A stretch of 34,927 nucleotides of DNA, from positions 1 through 34,927 of IMG/VR virus record IMGVR_UViG_3300031965_000099; one strand, written 5' to 3'. The stretch is from a virus (Duplodnaviria > Caudoviricetes). The notes beneath the pieces are model-generated. The model was not told the DNA's origin and made no database searches. It was given only the letters and a program-made list of their open reading frames with translations. Positions within the stretch are counted from its first letter, which is position 1, and each line of letters starts with the position of its first letter. The translations under genes were made by a program, and so were the position numbers. This document shows, one piece after another, positions 23,183 through 30,934 of the stretch.

Positions 23183-23448
23183 TTTCGGGTATCAGGTGTC
23201 GGGTGTCGGGTGTCGGGTATCTCATTTCGGACGATGGCGAGCGCGATCGCCTCCTCGAAGTCGATCTCATGGTCCGGCGCCCCACGGGGCGCGGCGTCGG
23301 GCCCGACCCGGTAGCCGGTCTCGACCGAGACGACGTGACCGAAGGCGCGGGCATGGATGTGAGCCCAGCAGAGGGCGTTGCGGCCGCGGCTCTCGCGGCC
23401 GCAGTCCATGCAATGGGCGATGTGGTGGACCAGGTGCTGCGTGGTCAT
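23179..23448 (-). CDS. Small C2H2-type zinc-finger-like protein
   Basis: C-x2-C...H-x5-H; the C-terminus is encoded by a heptamer array. Confidence 0.55.
   Translation of the reverse strand: MTTQHLVHHIAHCMDCGRESRGRNALCWAHIHARAFGHVVSVETGYRVGPDAAPRGAPDHEIDFEEAIALAIVRNEIPDTRHPTPDTRK
23187..23221. repeat. Heptamer array RGGTRTC x5
   Basis: GGGTATC AGGTGTC GGGTGTC GGGTGTC GGGTATC directly upstream of the mor start. Confidence 0.85.
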
Positions 23449-23975
23449 TTCGCGTCCTCCTCGGCCTTCTTGCGCGTCCTGGCGAGCCAGGCCCTGAGGC
23501 CCTCGATGACGCGGCTCGCCTGCCTCGGGTCGCAGAACCGCGGGTGGCTGACCGGCGCGCCCTGGCGGGCCATGAAGGTGTCGAGCCGGGCGGCGGTGCC
23601 GTGGCGGAACGCGCCGGCGTCGGCGAGCTCGTCCCACAGGGCGAGGATCAGCGCCTCCTGGGGCCCGGCGCCGGCGGCCCTGTGGGCGGCGAGCTTGTCC
23701 TGGTCGGCGGTGAAGTCGGATACGCGCGGGCGCCCCGGATTGCGCTCCGCTCCATCCGGGCTACGGTCCTTCCGCGGCGGCTTCCAGCCCTGGGCCGAAA
23801 ACCAGTCGAGCACCCGGTCGAGCGCGGCCGGCGCGAGGTCGGCGGCCGAGCGGCAGCCGGTGATGGTCTCGAGCACCCCGCGATAGGTCTCCTCGTCGAG
23901 GCCGAGATCGCGCCGCGCGGCGTGGATCGCGGAGAGCTGGCGGACGCGGCGGGATCTGGCGCCGGCGGCGGTCAT
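23445..23975 (-). CDS. gemA: GemA / Mu gp16 family (DUF1018)
   Basis: IH.ARR.LGLD.ETYR..L..ITG..S..DL, I.ALW..L, VIE.L..W. Confidence 0.85.
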   Translation of the reverse strand: MTAAGARSRRVRQLSAIHAARRDLGLDEETYRGVLETITGCRSAADLAPAALDRVLDWFSAQGWKPPRKDRSPDGAERNPGRPRVSDFTADQDKLAAHRAAGAGPQEALILALWDELADAGAFRHGTAARLDTFMARQGAPVSHPRFCDPRQASRVIEGLRAWLARTRKKAEEDAK

Positions 23976-24190
23976 GACGCCAGTTCCCGGTCGATCTCCT
24001 CGGCGAGATCGCAGACATCGATTTCGACCGTGGGGCACGGGCCGTCGCGGTCGCGCGAATCCCAATCGTGGAGGACGGCGATGATCGTCGCGCCCCGCGG
24101 CCCGACCTCGGCGCCCTGACGGCGGAGCGCGCGGCCGACGATCTCCTCCAGCTCGCGCCGGCGGACAATCGGATGAGCTTTGCCGGTCAT
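23972..24190 (-). CDS. Hypothetical protein
   Basis: 72 aa, ATGA overlap with gemA. Confidence 0.5.
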   Translation of the reverse strand: MTGKAHPIVRRRELEEIVGRALRRQGAEVGPRGATIIAVLHDWDSRDRDGPCPTVEIDVCDLAEEIDRELAS

Positions 24191-24201
24191 GACGCCGGCA
24201 C

Positions 24202-25194
24202 CTACGCGCCCCAGGCGTCCCAGCCGGGGCGGGTCTGGCGGGCGAACAGCTCGATGTAGGGACCGGCGAGGAGGCGCTCGATCCGCCCGTAGGCCTCCTC
24301 GGGCTTGACCGAATGGGCCCCGCGCGGCGCGGCGATGATCTGGCGCACGCCCTTGTCGAGGCGGCGCGGGGCGCCGCGGGTCGCGAGCAGGCAGATTTCG
24401 CTCTGGGCGCGGGTCCAGTGGCCCTGGCCGATCGGGGCCGCCTCGGGCTCGCCGTTCGACTTCGCCCAGACGAAGCCGATCGACTTGTAGGCAAAGCCCC
24501 AGAACTCGATCACCTTGAGGGCGTCGGGGAGCCGCGGGCCGTAGACCCAGATGAACAGAGCGCAGTCGTCGGCGGCGATATAGTCAATCGGGAGCGCGCA
24601 GATCTCGGCGGTCGGCATGGTCGAATAGTGATTGTCCGGTGAGCGGTCCATGCCCGCGCTCGACCAGGTGACGTGCTCCCAGGGCGGATCGGCGTAGATG
24701 ACCCGGTACCGGCCCTCGGGCAGCGGCGGGGTCCGGGCGGCGCCCGGGCGGGCGATGCGCTTCGACAGCGAGCCGATCGCCCGCGTCGCCCGGCGGGCCT
24801 CCTCCTCGCGCCATGCCGCGATCTCGGCCTCGAACTGGTCGTCGGGAACCAGCGCGTGCGCCTGGGCGCGCATCGAGCGCTTTTTGGTGACCTTGATATC
24901 GGCCAGGGTTATCACGTCGCCCGGCGGTTCCCTTGAGGAACCGCCGGAGGAACCGCCGAAACGGGTGCCCTCGCTGAGGCGGCCCTCGGCCTTCAGCTCG
25001 ATCAGCATCTGGCCCAGACGGCGCTCGGCGCGCACCTGTACCTCAACCCATTTCAGCTCCTCGGTGCGGTCCTGCGCCAGCCGCGCATAGTGGCGCAGCG
25101 CTTCGGCCTTGGCGCCGATGTCCTGCACATCGGCAACGCTGGTGGCCTCAGCAAGGGCGCGGGTGGCGGCGTCTGTCCGAGTGATGGCTTTCAC
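24202..25194 (-). CDS. MT-A70 (IME4-like) N6-adenine methyltransferase with N-terminal helical domain
   Basis: VIYADPPW, ALFIW, WGF.Y...FVW.K, G.WTR..SE.CL.A.RG, HS.KP, YIELFAR, GWD.WG; GTG start 25194 overlaps the upstream stop. Confidence 0.88.
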   Translation of the reverse strand: MKAITRTDAATRALAEATSVADVQDIGAKAEALRHYARLAQDRTEELKWVEVQVRAERRLGQMLIELKAEGRLSEGTRFGGSSGGSSREPPGDVITLADIKVTKKRSMRAQAHALVPDDQFEAEIAAWREEEARRATRAIGSLSKRIARPGAARTPPLPEGRYRVIYADPPWEHVTWSSAGMDRSPDNHYSTMPTAEICALPIDYIAADDCALFIWVYGPRLPDALKVIEFWGFAYKSIGFVWAKSNGEPEAAPIGQGHWTRAQSEICLLATRGAPRRLDKGVRQIIAAPRGAHSVKPEEAYGRIERLLAGPYIELFARQTRPGWDAWGA

Positions 25195-25586
25195 TGCCCG
25201 TCTCCCCCTCCATCGAGCGCGATCCGGCTGACGTCCTCCATGACCGCGCTTGCCGCGGCCTGGCGCGCTTCCCGCGTATCCAGGCTCGGGTCGCCGGAGG
25301 AGAGGGTGAGCAGGAGATAGGTCGTGCCGTCCGACCAGGGGTTGCCGCGCACGGTGGCTGGCCCGTCGGCGTCGCTGTAGAGCTGGTGGAGGCGCCGGCC
25401 CTCCTCTCGGCAATCGGCGAATTGGTCTTCCTGCAGCGCGGCGATCGCGTGGTGAATGCGCTGAATGACGTCGCTCTCCTCCGCAGCGCCGCAACGATTG
25501 ATCAGCGACTCTCGGATGGTGAGCAGTCCGCCCAAGGCGCGGACGCGCCAGGCCATCCGCGTGAAGATCACCAACGTATTGTCCAA
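25191..25586 (-). CDS. Hypothetical protein
   Basis: 131 aa, TTG start right after the upstream stop; fills the operon gap. Confidence 0.45.
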   Translation of the reverse strand: MDNTLVIFTRMAWRVRALGGLLTIRESLINRCGAAEESDVIQRIHHAIAALQEDQFADCREEGRRLHQLYSDADGPATVRGNPWSDGTTYLLLTLSSGDPSLDTREARQAAASAVMEDVSRIALDGGGDGQ

Positions 25587-25877
25587 CTACTGGTCCCCCA
25601 TGAGTCGCCGCACGTGGTCCGGCCTGAGCCGCGGCAGGAAGGTGACGATCGCGTGGTCGGCCGGCGACCAGACGGCGAACGTGGCGCGGCCCCTGACGGT
25701 CAGACAGTAGATCGGCTCGCCGGTGGTGCCGACGCCGACCGGGCGGAGGCCGGCGACCCGTAGACACAGGGTGCGGTACTCCGGGGTCGAGAGCGCGATC
25801 CCGTGGCGCCGGTAAAGGCGCCTGAGGGCGTGGATCATCATCGCCCGGCGGTGGTCGCCGTCGGCGGCCGGGCGCAT
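25587..25877 (-). CDS. Hypothetical protein, possible BECR/DUF4258-like RNase fold
   Basis: HA.RR..R.GI N-terminal motif and AVW....IVTFLP C-terminus. Confidence 0.5.
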   Translation of the reverse strand: MRPAADGDHRRAMMIHALRRLYRRHGIALSTPEYRTLCLRVAGLRPVGVGTTGEPIYCLTVRGRATFAVWSPADHAIVTFLPRLRPDHVRRLMGDQ

Positions 25878-26149
25878 CACGCCGTCCCCGCTGGCGGCTC
25901 GGTGCGCAGGCGCTCGCGTTGCCGCTCGTCGAGGATGCGGGCCGCGACGCGGCCGGCCGCGTCCCAAACTTCGGCGACGGTGAGCCGGCCGCCCGAAGCG
26001 ACGAACTCATGGACGAGGCGATGGGCGGCGGCGAGCCGGTCGGCCTCGCTCAACCCCAGCCGATCGAACTCGCGCCGTATCGCGTCGGCGTCGTGCCGGG
26101 CCCTGGCCATTTGCTCGATGATCCCGGCAATGCGTCCGGCCGGGCGCAT
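25877..26149 (-). CDS. Hypothetical protein
   Basis: 90 aa, TGATG-coupled. Confidence 0.5.
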   Translation of the reverse strand: MRPAGRIAGIIEQMARARHDADAIRREFDRLGLSEADRLAAAHRLVHEFVASGGRLTVAEVWDAAGRVAARILDERQRERLRTEPPAGTA

Positions 26150-26349
26150 CAGACGAGCTCCCTGTCGATCGCGAGCCGTTCCGGCATGGTGACGATCTGG
26201 GCCTGGCCGGCGACCGGCTCGCGCTCCAGCTCGATCACCGAGCGCGGCAGCCAGACCGCTTCATCGCGGTTGCCATTGTCGGAGACGAGCACCGCCTTCT
26301 CGGTCGCGTGATGGACCATCAGCTCGAGGTCGACGAGGCGGGCCTTCAT
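26149..26349 (-). CDS. Small conserved phage protein
   Basis: H.TEKAVLV...AVWLP.S.IE...VTMPE.LA motif. Confidence 0.65.
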   Translation of the reverse strand: MKARLVDLELMVHHATEKAVLVSDNGNRDEAVWLPRSVIELEREPVAGQAQIVTMPERLAIDRELV

Positions 26350-26504
26350 CACAGCCCCGCGGCGCCGAGAAGCGTGACCGCGACGAACGCGAGCCCGCCG
26401 GCGATGCCTATGAAGAACAGCTCGGCGATGACCACGAGGACGGCGATCTCGAACATCCGGCCGGCGCGGCCGCGACGGCGAGACGATGCGCTGGATTGGG
26501 TCAT
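26349..26504 (-). CDS. Small membrane protein (51 aa)
   Basis: Manual translation MTQSS...MFEIAVLVVIAELFFIGIAGGLAFVAVTLLG; overlapping start and stop codons on both sides. Confidence 0.55.
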   Translation of the reverse strand: MTQSSASSRRRGRAGRMFEIAVLVVIAELFFIGIAGGLAFVAVTLLGAAGL

Positions 26505-26926
26505 CGGTCCTTCTCCCTCATGACGCGCCCGACCTGGCGCTCGGCTTCGTTCGATACGTGGCGCATCCGGGCCTCGCGCTCGGCCGCGGCCAGCGCCGCG
26601 GCGTGCTCGCCGGGCGTCGCCGCGACCCAGACGATCGCCCGGCGGCCGGAAATGTTGGCGCGGCGATCGCCGGAATCCCTGATCTGTCCCTGCCTGGAAA
26701 GCTCGGTGCAGCGCGGCCGCGCGCTGAACGGGCTGAGGCCGAGGTTGAACCCGGCCTCGTCGGCGGTGAGGCCGGCGGCGCCGGCGCGGCGGATCTCGAG
26801 GAGCACGGCGAGCTGGAGCCGGCCGACCTCCCGGAGGACGGTCTGGGCCGCCTCGGCCGAGGTCTCGCCGCGCTTGAAGCCGGGCGAGTTCGGATAGTCG
26901 AGGAGATCGGGCTGGTCTGAGGTCAC
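26501..26926 (-). CDS. Winged-HTH DNA-binding protein
   Basis: YP..PGFK...TS..AA, GLTADE, S.RPR.TEL...G.I.DSG.RR...SGR.A.VW. Confidence 0.65.
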   Translation of the reverse strand: MTSDQPDLLDYPNSPGFKRGETSAEAAQTVLREVGRLQLAVLLEIRRAGAAGLTADEAGFNLGLSPFSARPRCTELSRQGQIRDSGDRRANISGRRAIVWVAATPGEHAAALAAAEREARMRHVSNEAERQVGRVMREKDR

Positions 26927-27270
26927 CAACCCATCTCCTCGATGAAGGCGTCGAGCCCGACGGGTCCCTTCGGCGCCAAGTAGTAGGCCGCGATCCGCTC
27001 CCAGCTTTCTTCTAGCTTTCGTGCTGTGTAGCGCCCCACCTCTGGCGGTGGAGGATCACCCCGCGCGACGCGCCGTTCGATAAGGCGTGCGAGTCGTCTG
27101 GACCGGCGCTCTAGCAGACGATGATAGGCGCGCATATTTCCCGGCAGCGCGCGGAAGCACCGTCCGCAGATGACCGCCTCGGCATCCGGGAACTTTTCCC
27201 GCGGCGCGGTTCGCCGGCAGCTCGGATTGATACACGGAATCCGCGCCCTCTCTGTCTGGTCAATGGTCAT
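26923..27270 (-). CDS. Zinc-binding hypothetical protein
   Basis: C-x4-C...C-x2-C; ATGA overlap. Confidence 0.55.
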   Translation of the reverse strand: MTIDQTERARIPCINPSCRRTAPREKFPDAEAVICGRCFRALPGNMRAYHRLLERRSRRLARLIERRVARGDPPPPEVGRYTARKLEESWERIAAYYLAPKGPVGLDAFIEEMGW

Positions 27271-27440
27271 GATGCCGCCCGGAGCCTGCGCAGCGTTTCG
27301 AGCACGCACTCCATGAGGAGCAGATGCTCGTCGGCCTCGGCCTGCTTCATCCGGCCGTTGAAGACCTGGCGCGGATAGACGCGGCGGCGGAGCGCGATCT
27401 CGCGCTCGACCTCCTGGATCTGGGCGACGAGCGATCTCAT
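27267..27440 (-). CDS. Small conserved phage protein
   Basis: QI..VEREIA.RR.VYPR.V..G.M....AD....M..VL.TL. Confidence 0.65.
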   Translation of the reverse strand: MRSLVAQIQEVEREIALRRRVYPRQVFNGRMKQAEADEHLLLMECVLETLRRLRAAS

Positions 27441-27709
27441 CGGCCCGCCCCGTCGGGGATGCCGAGACGGTCGGCCATCGCCCGCGGCATGGTGACCTGG
27501 ACCACGACGAGGGGCGCGCGCCGGGTGTCGGTTTCGATCCGGATCGCGTCGAGCGGCAGGAACAGGGCGTCGGCCTCGCGGCCGGTGAGGGAGGCGACGA
27601 GCGTGCGCGTCCCCATGGCGTGGACGGTCATGGCGCGGGTGACGCCGCATCCGGGGCCGGCCACGCCGCGCCTCCTCGCCCGCGTCGATATCTCAGCCCG
27701 ATCGGCCAT
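27437..27709 (-). CDS. Hypothetical protein, paralogue of 26149-26349
   Basis: VH..T...V...G....A..LP...I..E...VTMP..A shared pattern. Confidence 0.55.
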   Translation of the reverse strand: MADRAEISTRARRRGVAGPGCGVTRAMTVHAMGTRTLVASLTGREADALFLPLDAIRIETDTRRAPLVVVQVTMPRAMADRLGIPDGAGR

Positions 27710-27944
27710 GATTCCTCTCCTCCGGTGGCGGGGTGGCGGCGCCGGCGAGCTCGGCGATCCGTGCCTCGCAGTCCTCGATCAGGCGCCGGCGGAGCTCGGC
27801 GTCCGCCTCGCGGGTCGGCTTGACCGCCACCTGGCCGCGGTCGCGGCCGACCTGGATCTCGATCGGCTCGCCGGCCCGCAGCCGCTCCTTCAGGCCGACC
27901 CAGACCGCGACCTCACCGGTGCTCGCGGGCATGCCGGCGCTCAT
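27693..27944 (-). CDS. Hypothetical protein
   Basis: ATGA-coupled 83 aa ORF. Confidence 0.5.
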   Translation of the reverse strand: MSAGMPASTGEVAVWVGLKERLRAGEPIEIQVGRDRGQVAVKPTREADAELRRRLIEDCEARIAELAGAATPPPEERNHGRSG

Positions 27945-28192
27945 GTCCCGGCCGGCGGCGGCAGGCGCGGGTAGAGGTCGCGCGCCACCACCTCGACGAT
28001 CCCGCCGCCGCCGCCGGCCTGGAAGCGGCGGCGGTACTCGGCCGAGTAGACCCGGCAGCCGATGGCGCGCTCGTACTCGCTCTTGGCGGCGAGGAAGGCC
28101 TCGCGCGACACCGACCCCCGGCGGACCGTCCAGCCGCGGCCGAAGCGCTGGTTGAGCCAGCGGCAGAAGTTGGGCATCGCCGGGCCGGTCAC
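27941..28192 (-). CDS. Hypothetical protein
   Basis: GTGA-coupled ORF (alternative ATG at 28177). Confidence 0.5.
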   Translation of the reverse strand: MTGPAMPNFCRWLNQRFGRGWTVRRGSVSREAFLAAKSEYERAIGCRVYSAEYRRRFQAGGGGGIVEVVARDLYPRLPPPAGT

Positions 28193-28539
28193 GCGACCGG
28201 CTCCGCGGCGCCGGCGCGGCGCCGGCCCAGATGCTCGCGGCAATAGTCGGAGCGCCCGGCGGCCGGGGCGCCGCAATAGCGGAAACCGGGCTCATGGAGC
28301 TCGCCGACCGGCCAGCGGCAGGCGCCCTCGCCGGCCGCGAGCACGGCCTCGACCGCCGGCGGGCCCGGCCGGCGACGCGGCCGGCGGGCGTTGCGGTAGG
28401 CGCGGACGAGCCGGGCCGGGCGTCCGGCCCTGGCGGCGATCCAGCCGTCGTCGCGGCCGGCCGCGATCATCATGTCGATGAACCGGGCCTCGCGGCGCTT
28501 GAGCGGCCGCTCGCCGGCGATCGGGGTCGAGGCGGTCAT
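28189..28539 (-). CDS. GcrA-like cell-cycle regulator homologue
   Basis: CRWPVGE....FRYCG......YC..H C-terminal motif plus a short N-terminal HTH (IAARAG..A..V). Confidence 0.72.
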   Translation of the reverse strand: MTASTPIAGERPLKRREARFIDMMIAAGRDDGWIAARAGRPARLVRAYRNARRPRRRPGPPAVEAVLAAGEGACRWPVGELHEPGFRYCGAPAAGRSDYCREHLGRRRAGAAEPVA

Positions 28540-29222
28540 CGGGCGGCCGCCAGATCGATGGTGATCGCCCGCCACGGGTCCTGGGGCGTCCCCCGCTGGT
28601 AGAAGCGGATGTAGGTCGAGGTGCCGACCAGGCGCATCGAGTCGACGAGCGCCGCCATCGCCGCCTGCCAGCGGTCGTCCTCGATGTCGAGCCGGCGGAG
28701 CTGGTAGAGCGCGCCGCGGTTGATCCGGCCCTCCTTGTCGACCTGGAAGGCATGGTCGACCAGCGCCCTCAGCTTGGGGTCGGCGCCATCGGCCCACGAG
28801 GCGATGCACTCGTCGACCAGGCTCTTGGCGGCCTGGAGCTCGGGGCCGAACGAGAGCTGGTCCTGGACCTGGACGGTGACCTTCTGGCAGCCGTCGTAGC
28901 TCGTGAGGGTGACGTTGCCCCTGGCGCCGCCTCGGGTCGTCCCGTATTTCTCGGCGACGAGCTGCTGGAGGGCGCCGACATCGTCGAAGGTGTGGGCCCG
29001 GAACCGGGCGATCCGGCCCGAAAGCTCGCGGGCGTGGGTCATGATGTCGCGCACCGCGTCGTCGATCAGCCGGTCGATCGGCCGGACCAGCTCGTAGGGG
29101 ACGAGGGCGCCGCGCGGGTCCCGCATGTACAGCCTGCCGGCGATCTCGACGCCGTGGCGGGTCTCCCGGGACTCGGGGTCGTCTCGGGTCTCGTCCTCGG
29201 TTCGCGCTTCGGTGATCGTCAT
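28536..29222 (-). CDS. DUF3164 family protein (Mu-like phages)
   Basis: YM.D..G.LVP, GG..GNVTL.SYDG, FGPELQAAK.L.DECI..W, AFQVDKEG.I, YIRFY.R. Confidence 0.85.
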   Translation of the reverse strand: MTITEARTEDETRDDPESRETRHGVEIAGRLYMRDPRGALVPYELVRPIDRLIDDAVRDIMTHARELSGRIARFRAHTFDDVGALQQLVAEKYGTTRGGARGNVTLTSYDGCQKVTVQVQDQLSFGPELQAAKSLVDECIASWADGADPKLRALVDHAFQVDKEGRINRGALYQLRRLDIEDDRWQAAMAALVDSMRLVGTSTYIRFYQRGTPQDPWRAITIDLAAAR

Positions 29223-29256
29223 CTGTGGTGCCTCCTGTGATGAGCGTGGTGTGGGA

Positions 29257-29613
29257 TCAGGCCGCCTCGCCGCGCTCGCGCTGGCGGTTGTGGGGGCAGG
29301 TCGGGCAGGTGCGGTGGAGCCTCACCCTGGCCGGCGAGGAGGCGGCGAGCGGCATGCGCTGGAAGCGCAGGCAGTCCTGGGTGCCGATCTCCTGGCCGAG
29401 GGCCGGGCACTCGACGAGGCCGGCCATGAACGCGCCTTCGACCGCCCTTCGAACCGCGGTCAAATCGCCCCCGTAGGAGCCGGCGAGGACCTGGGAGACG
29501 ACGCTCGGCGAATACCCCATGAGCCGGGCGACGGCGCGCTGGCCGGTCGCCTCGGCCCGCTCGCGCAGCACCTCCAGCCAGGCGCCGGGTGCCGGGTGCC
29601 GGGTGTCAGGCAT
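29257..29613 (-). CDS. XRE-type HTH protein with Cys cluster
   Basis: Q..VA..MGYS...VSQVL.G.Y.GD; CP.LG...C...C..CP. Confidence 0.72.
   Translation of the reverse strand: MPDTRHPAPGAWLEVLRERAEATGQRAVARLMGYSPSVVSQVLAGSYGGDLTAVRRAVEGAFMAGLVECPALGQEIGTQDCLRFQRMPLAASSPARVRLHRTCPTCPHNRQRERGEAA
29580..29610. repeat. Heptamer array RGGYGYC
   Basis: AGGCGCC GGGTGCC GGGTGCC GGGTGTC AGG; encodes the N-terminal MPDTRHPAPG. Confidence 0.75.
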
Positions 29614-30130
29614 CGTGGACCTCGCCGGTGTTGTGGTCGGCGACGATCCGGCGGGTCCGGGACCACACCGGCGCCCTCGGGCCGGTGTCGCGGACGATCA
29701 CCCAAGTCCGCGGCGCGCGGGGGCCGCGGCGCTGGAGCTCGATCAGGTAGCCGGCGCGGGTGAGCTGGCCGAGATAGGCGCCGGCGTTGTCCGCGGGATT
29801 GCGCTCGGAGCCGGCCGCGGCCACGGTCACGAGGTCGGCGAGCGTCGCCTTGCGGAGCTTCCTCATCGCCCGCCACAGCCTTTGGCGCAGGCTGTCGCGC
29901 GGGCGGCGGGGCGCGGCGCCGGCGGCGGCGAGGACCGCGTTGCCGGCGGCGGTGCGGATGAAATGGCCGCCGCGGCGCTCGACGAGGCCGCGGGCCTCGA
30001 TCACGCCGAGGCTGATGCGGACACTCCTCACGTCCTCGCCGAGCCGGGCCGCGATGGTCTCGGCGCCGAGGCGCTGGCGGTTGTCGGGGATCGCGCCGAG
30101 GATGGCGATGGTGAGGGCGGGCGCGCTCAC
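29606..30130 (-). CDS. Tandem winged-helix DNA-binding protein
   Basis: LW.AMR.L, YL..L.RAGYL, DTGP.AP motifs, as typically found after MuB in alphaproteobacterial Mu-like phages. Confidence 0.68.
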   Translation of the reverse strand: MSAPALTIAILGAIPDNRQRLGAETIAARLGEDVRSVRISLGVIEARGLVERRGGHFIRTAAGNAVLAAAGAAPRRPRDSLRQRLWRAMRKLRKATLADLVTVAAAGSERNPADNAGAYLGQLTRAGYLIELQRRGPRAPRTWVIVRDTGPRAPVWSRTRRIVADHNTGEVHDA

Positions 30131-30915
30131 GAGGCGGCTCCCGCGGAGGTCGCGCGGGCGCCGTTACTCGATGAGCGCTTGGATCGGGGAAGGCCCAGCA
30201 CCCGCGCCCCGCCGCGGGCGCAGGGATGGACCAGCATCGCGAGGTCGATGTCGGCGAGGCGGGCCGGGCGGCCGGCGGCGATGGCGGCGCGCTCGGCGAC
30301 GGCGATGCCGTTGAGGGCCTGACAGATGCGGCCCTCGCTGTTGGCGTGGATCGCCTCGATGACCTCGTCCTCGATCGCGGCCTCGGCAATCTCGGATGCG
30401 AGCTGCGCAACATCCGCCAAAGAGATCGGATGGAAGAGCGCGCGGCCACCGATGCGGCGCCAGATCTGCTTGTGGTGCTGGAGCTTCTCCGGGGTGCGCT
30501 CGCGGCCGACGAGGACCAGCGGCACCTCGCAGGTGTCGGCGATGGTCCTGAGCGCGTCGAGGGCGGCGCCGCCTCGGTCGAGCGCGTTCTCGACCTCGTC
30601 GACGACGATCGGGCGCGGATCGGCGGCGAGGAGGCCGATCGCCTGGAGCTTGACGTCCTCGACCGTCCTCCCGGGCGCGCCGCCGAGCTCGCGGACGAGA
30701 TCCCTGAGGACCCAGCCTGGCGTCGCCATCGGCGAGACCGAGATCAGCGCCGCCTGGTGCTGGAGCGCCCACCACAGGGCGGTGCGCGACTTGCCGAAGC
30801 CGGCGTCACCGGCGACGAGGCAGATGGCGCGCTCGGGGACGAAGCGCCCCTCGACGCGCCCGATCGCGTCGATGAACAGCGCCACATTGTAGGTCCGGAC
30901 GAATTTGGCTCGCAT
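30127..30915 (-). CDS. MuB-like AAA+ transposition ATPase
   Basis: Walker A GDAGFGKS, Walker B IVVDEVE, LR.I.D....P.VLVG; immediately after the transposase. Confidence 0.88.
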   Translation of the reverse strand: MRAKFVRTYNVALFIDAIGRVEGRFVPERAICLVAGDAGFGKSRTALWWALQHQAALISVSPMATPGWVLRDLVRELGGAPGRTVEDVKLQAIGLLAADPRPIVVDEVENALDRGGAALDALRTIADTCEVPLVLVGRERTPEKLQHHKQIWRRIGGRALFHPISLADVAQLASEIAEAAIEDEVIEAIHANSEGRICQALNGIAVAERAAIAAGRPARLADIDLAMLVHPCARGGARVLGLPRSKRSSSNGARATSAGAAS

Positions 30916-30934
30916 CTGCTGGTCCCCTCTCCGG

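Noticed and set aside
24202-26010. 602-aa version of the methyltransferase
   Set aside because: The upstream part is Arg/Pro-rich nonsense overlapping three coupled small genes; GTG 25194 with stop overlap is the better start
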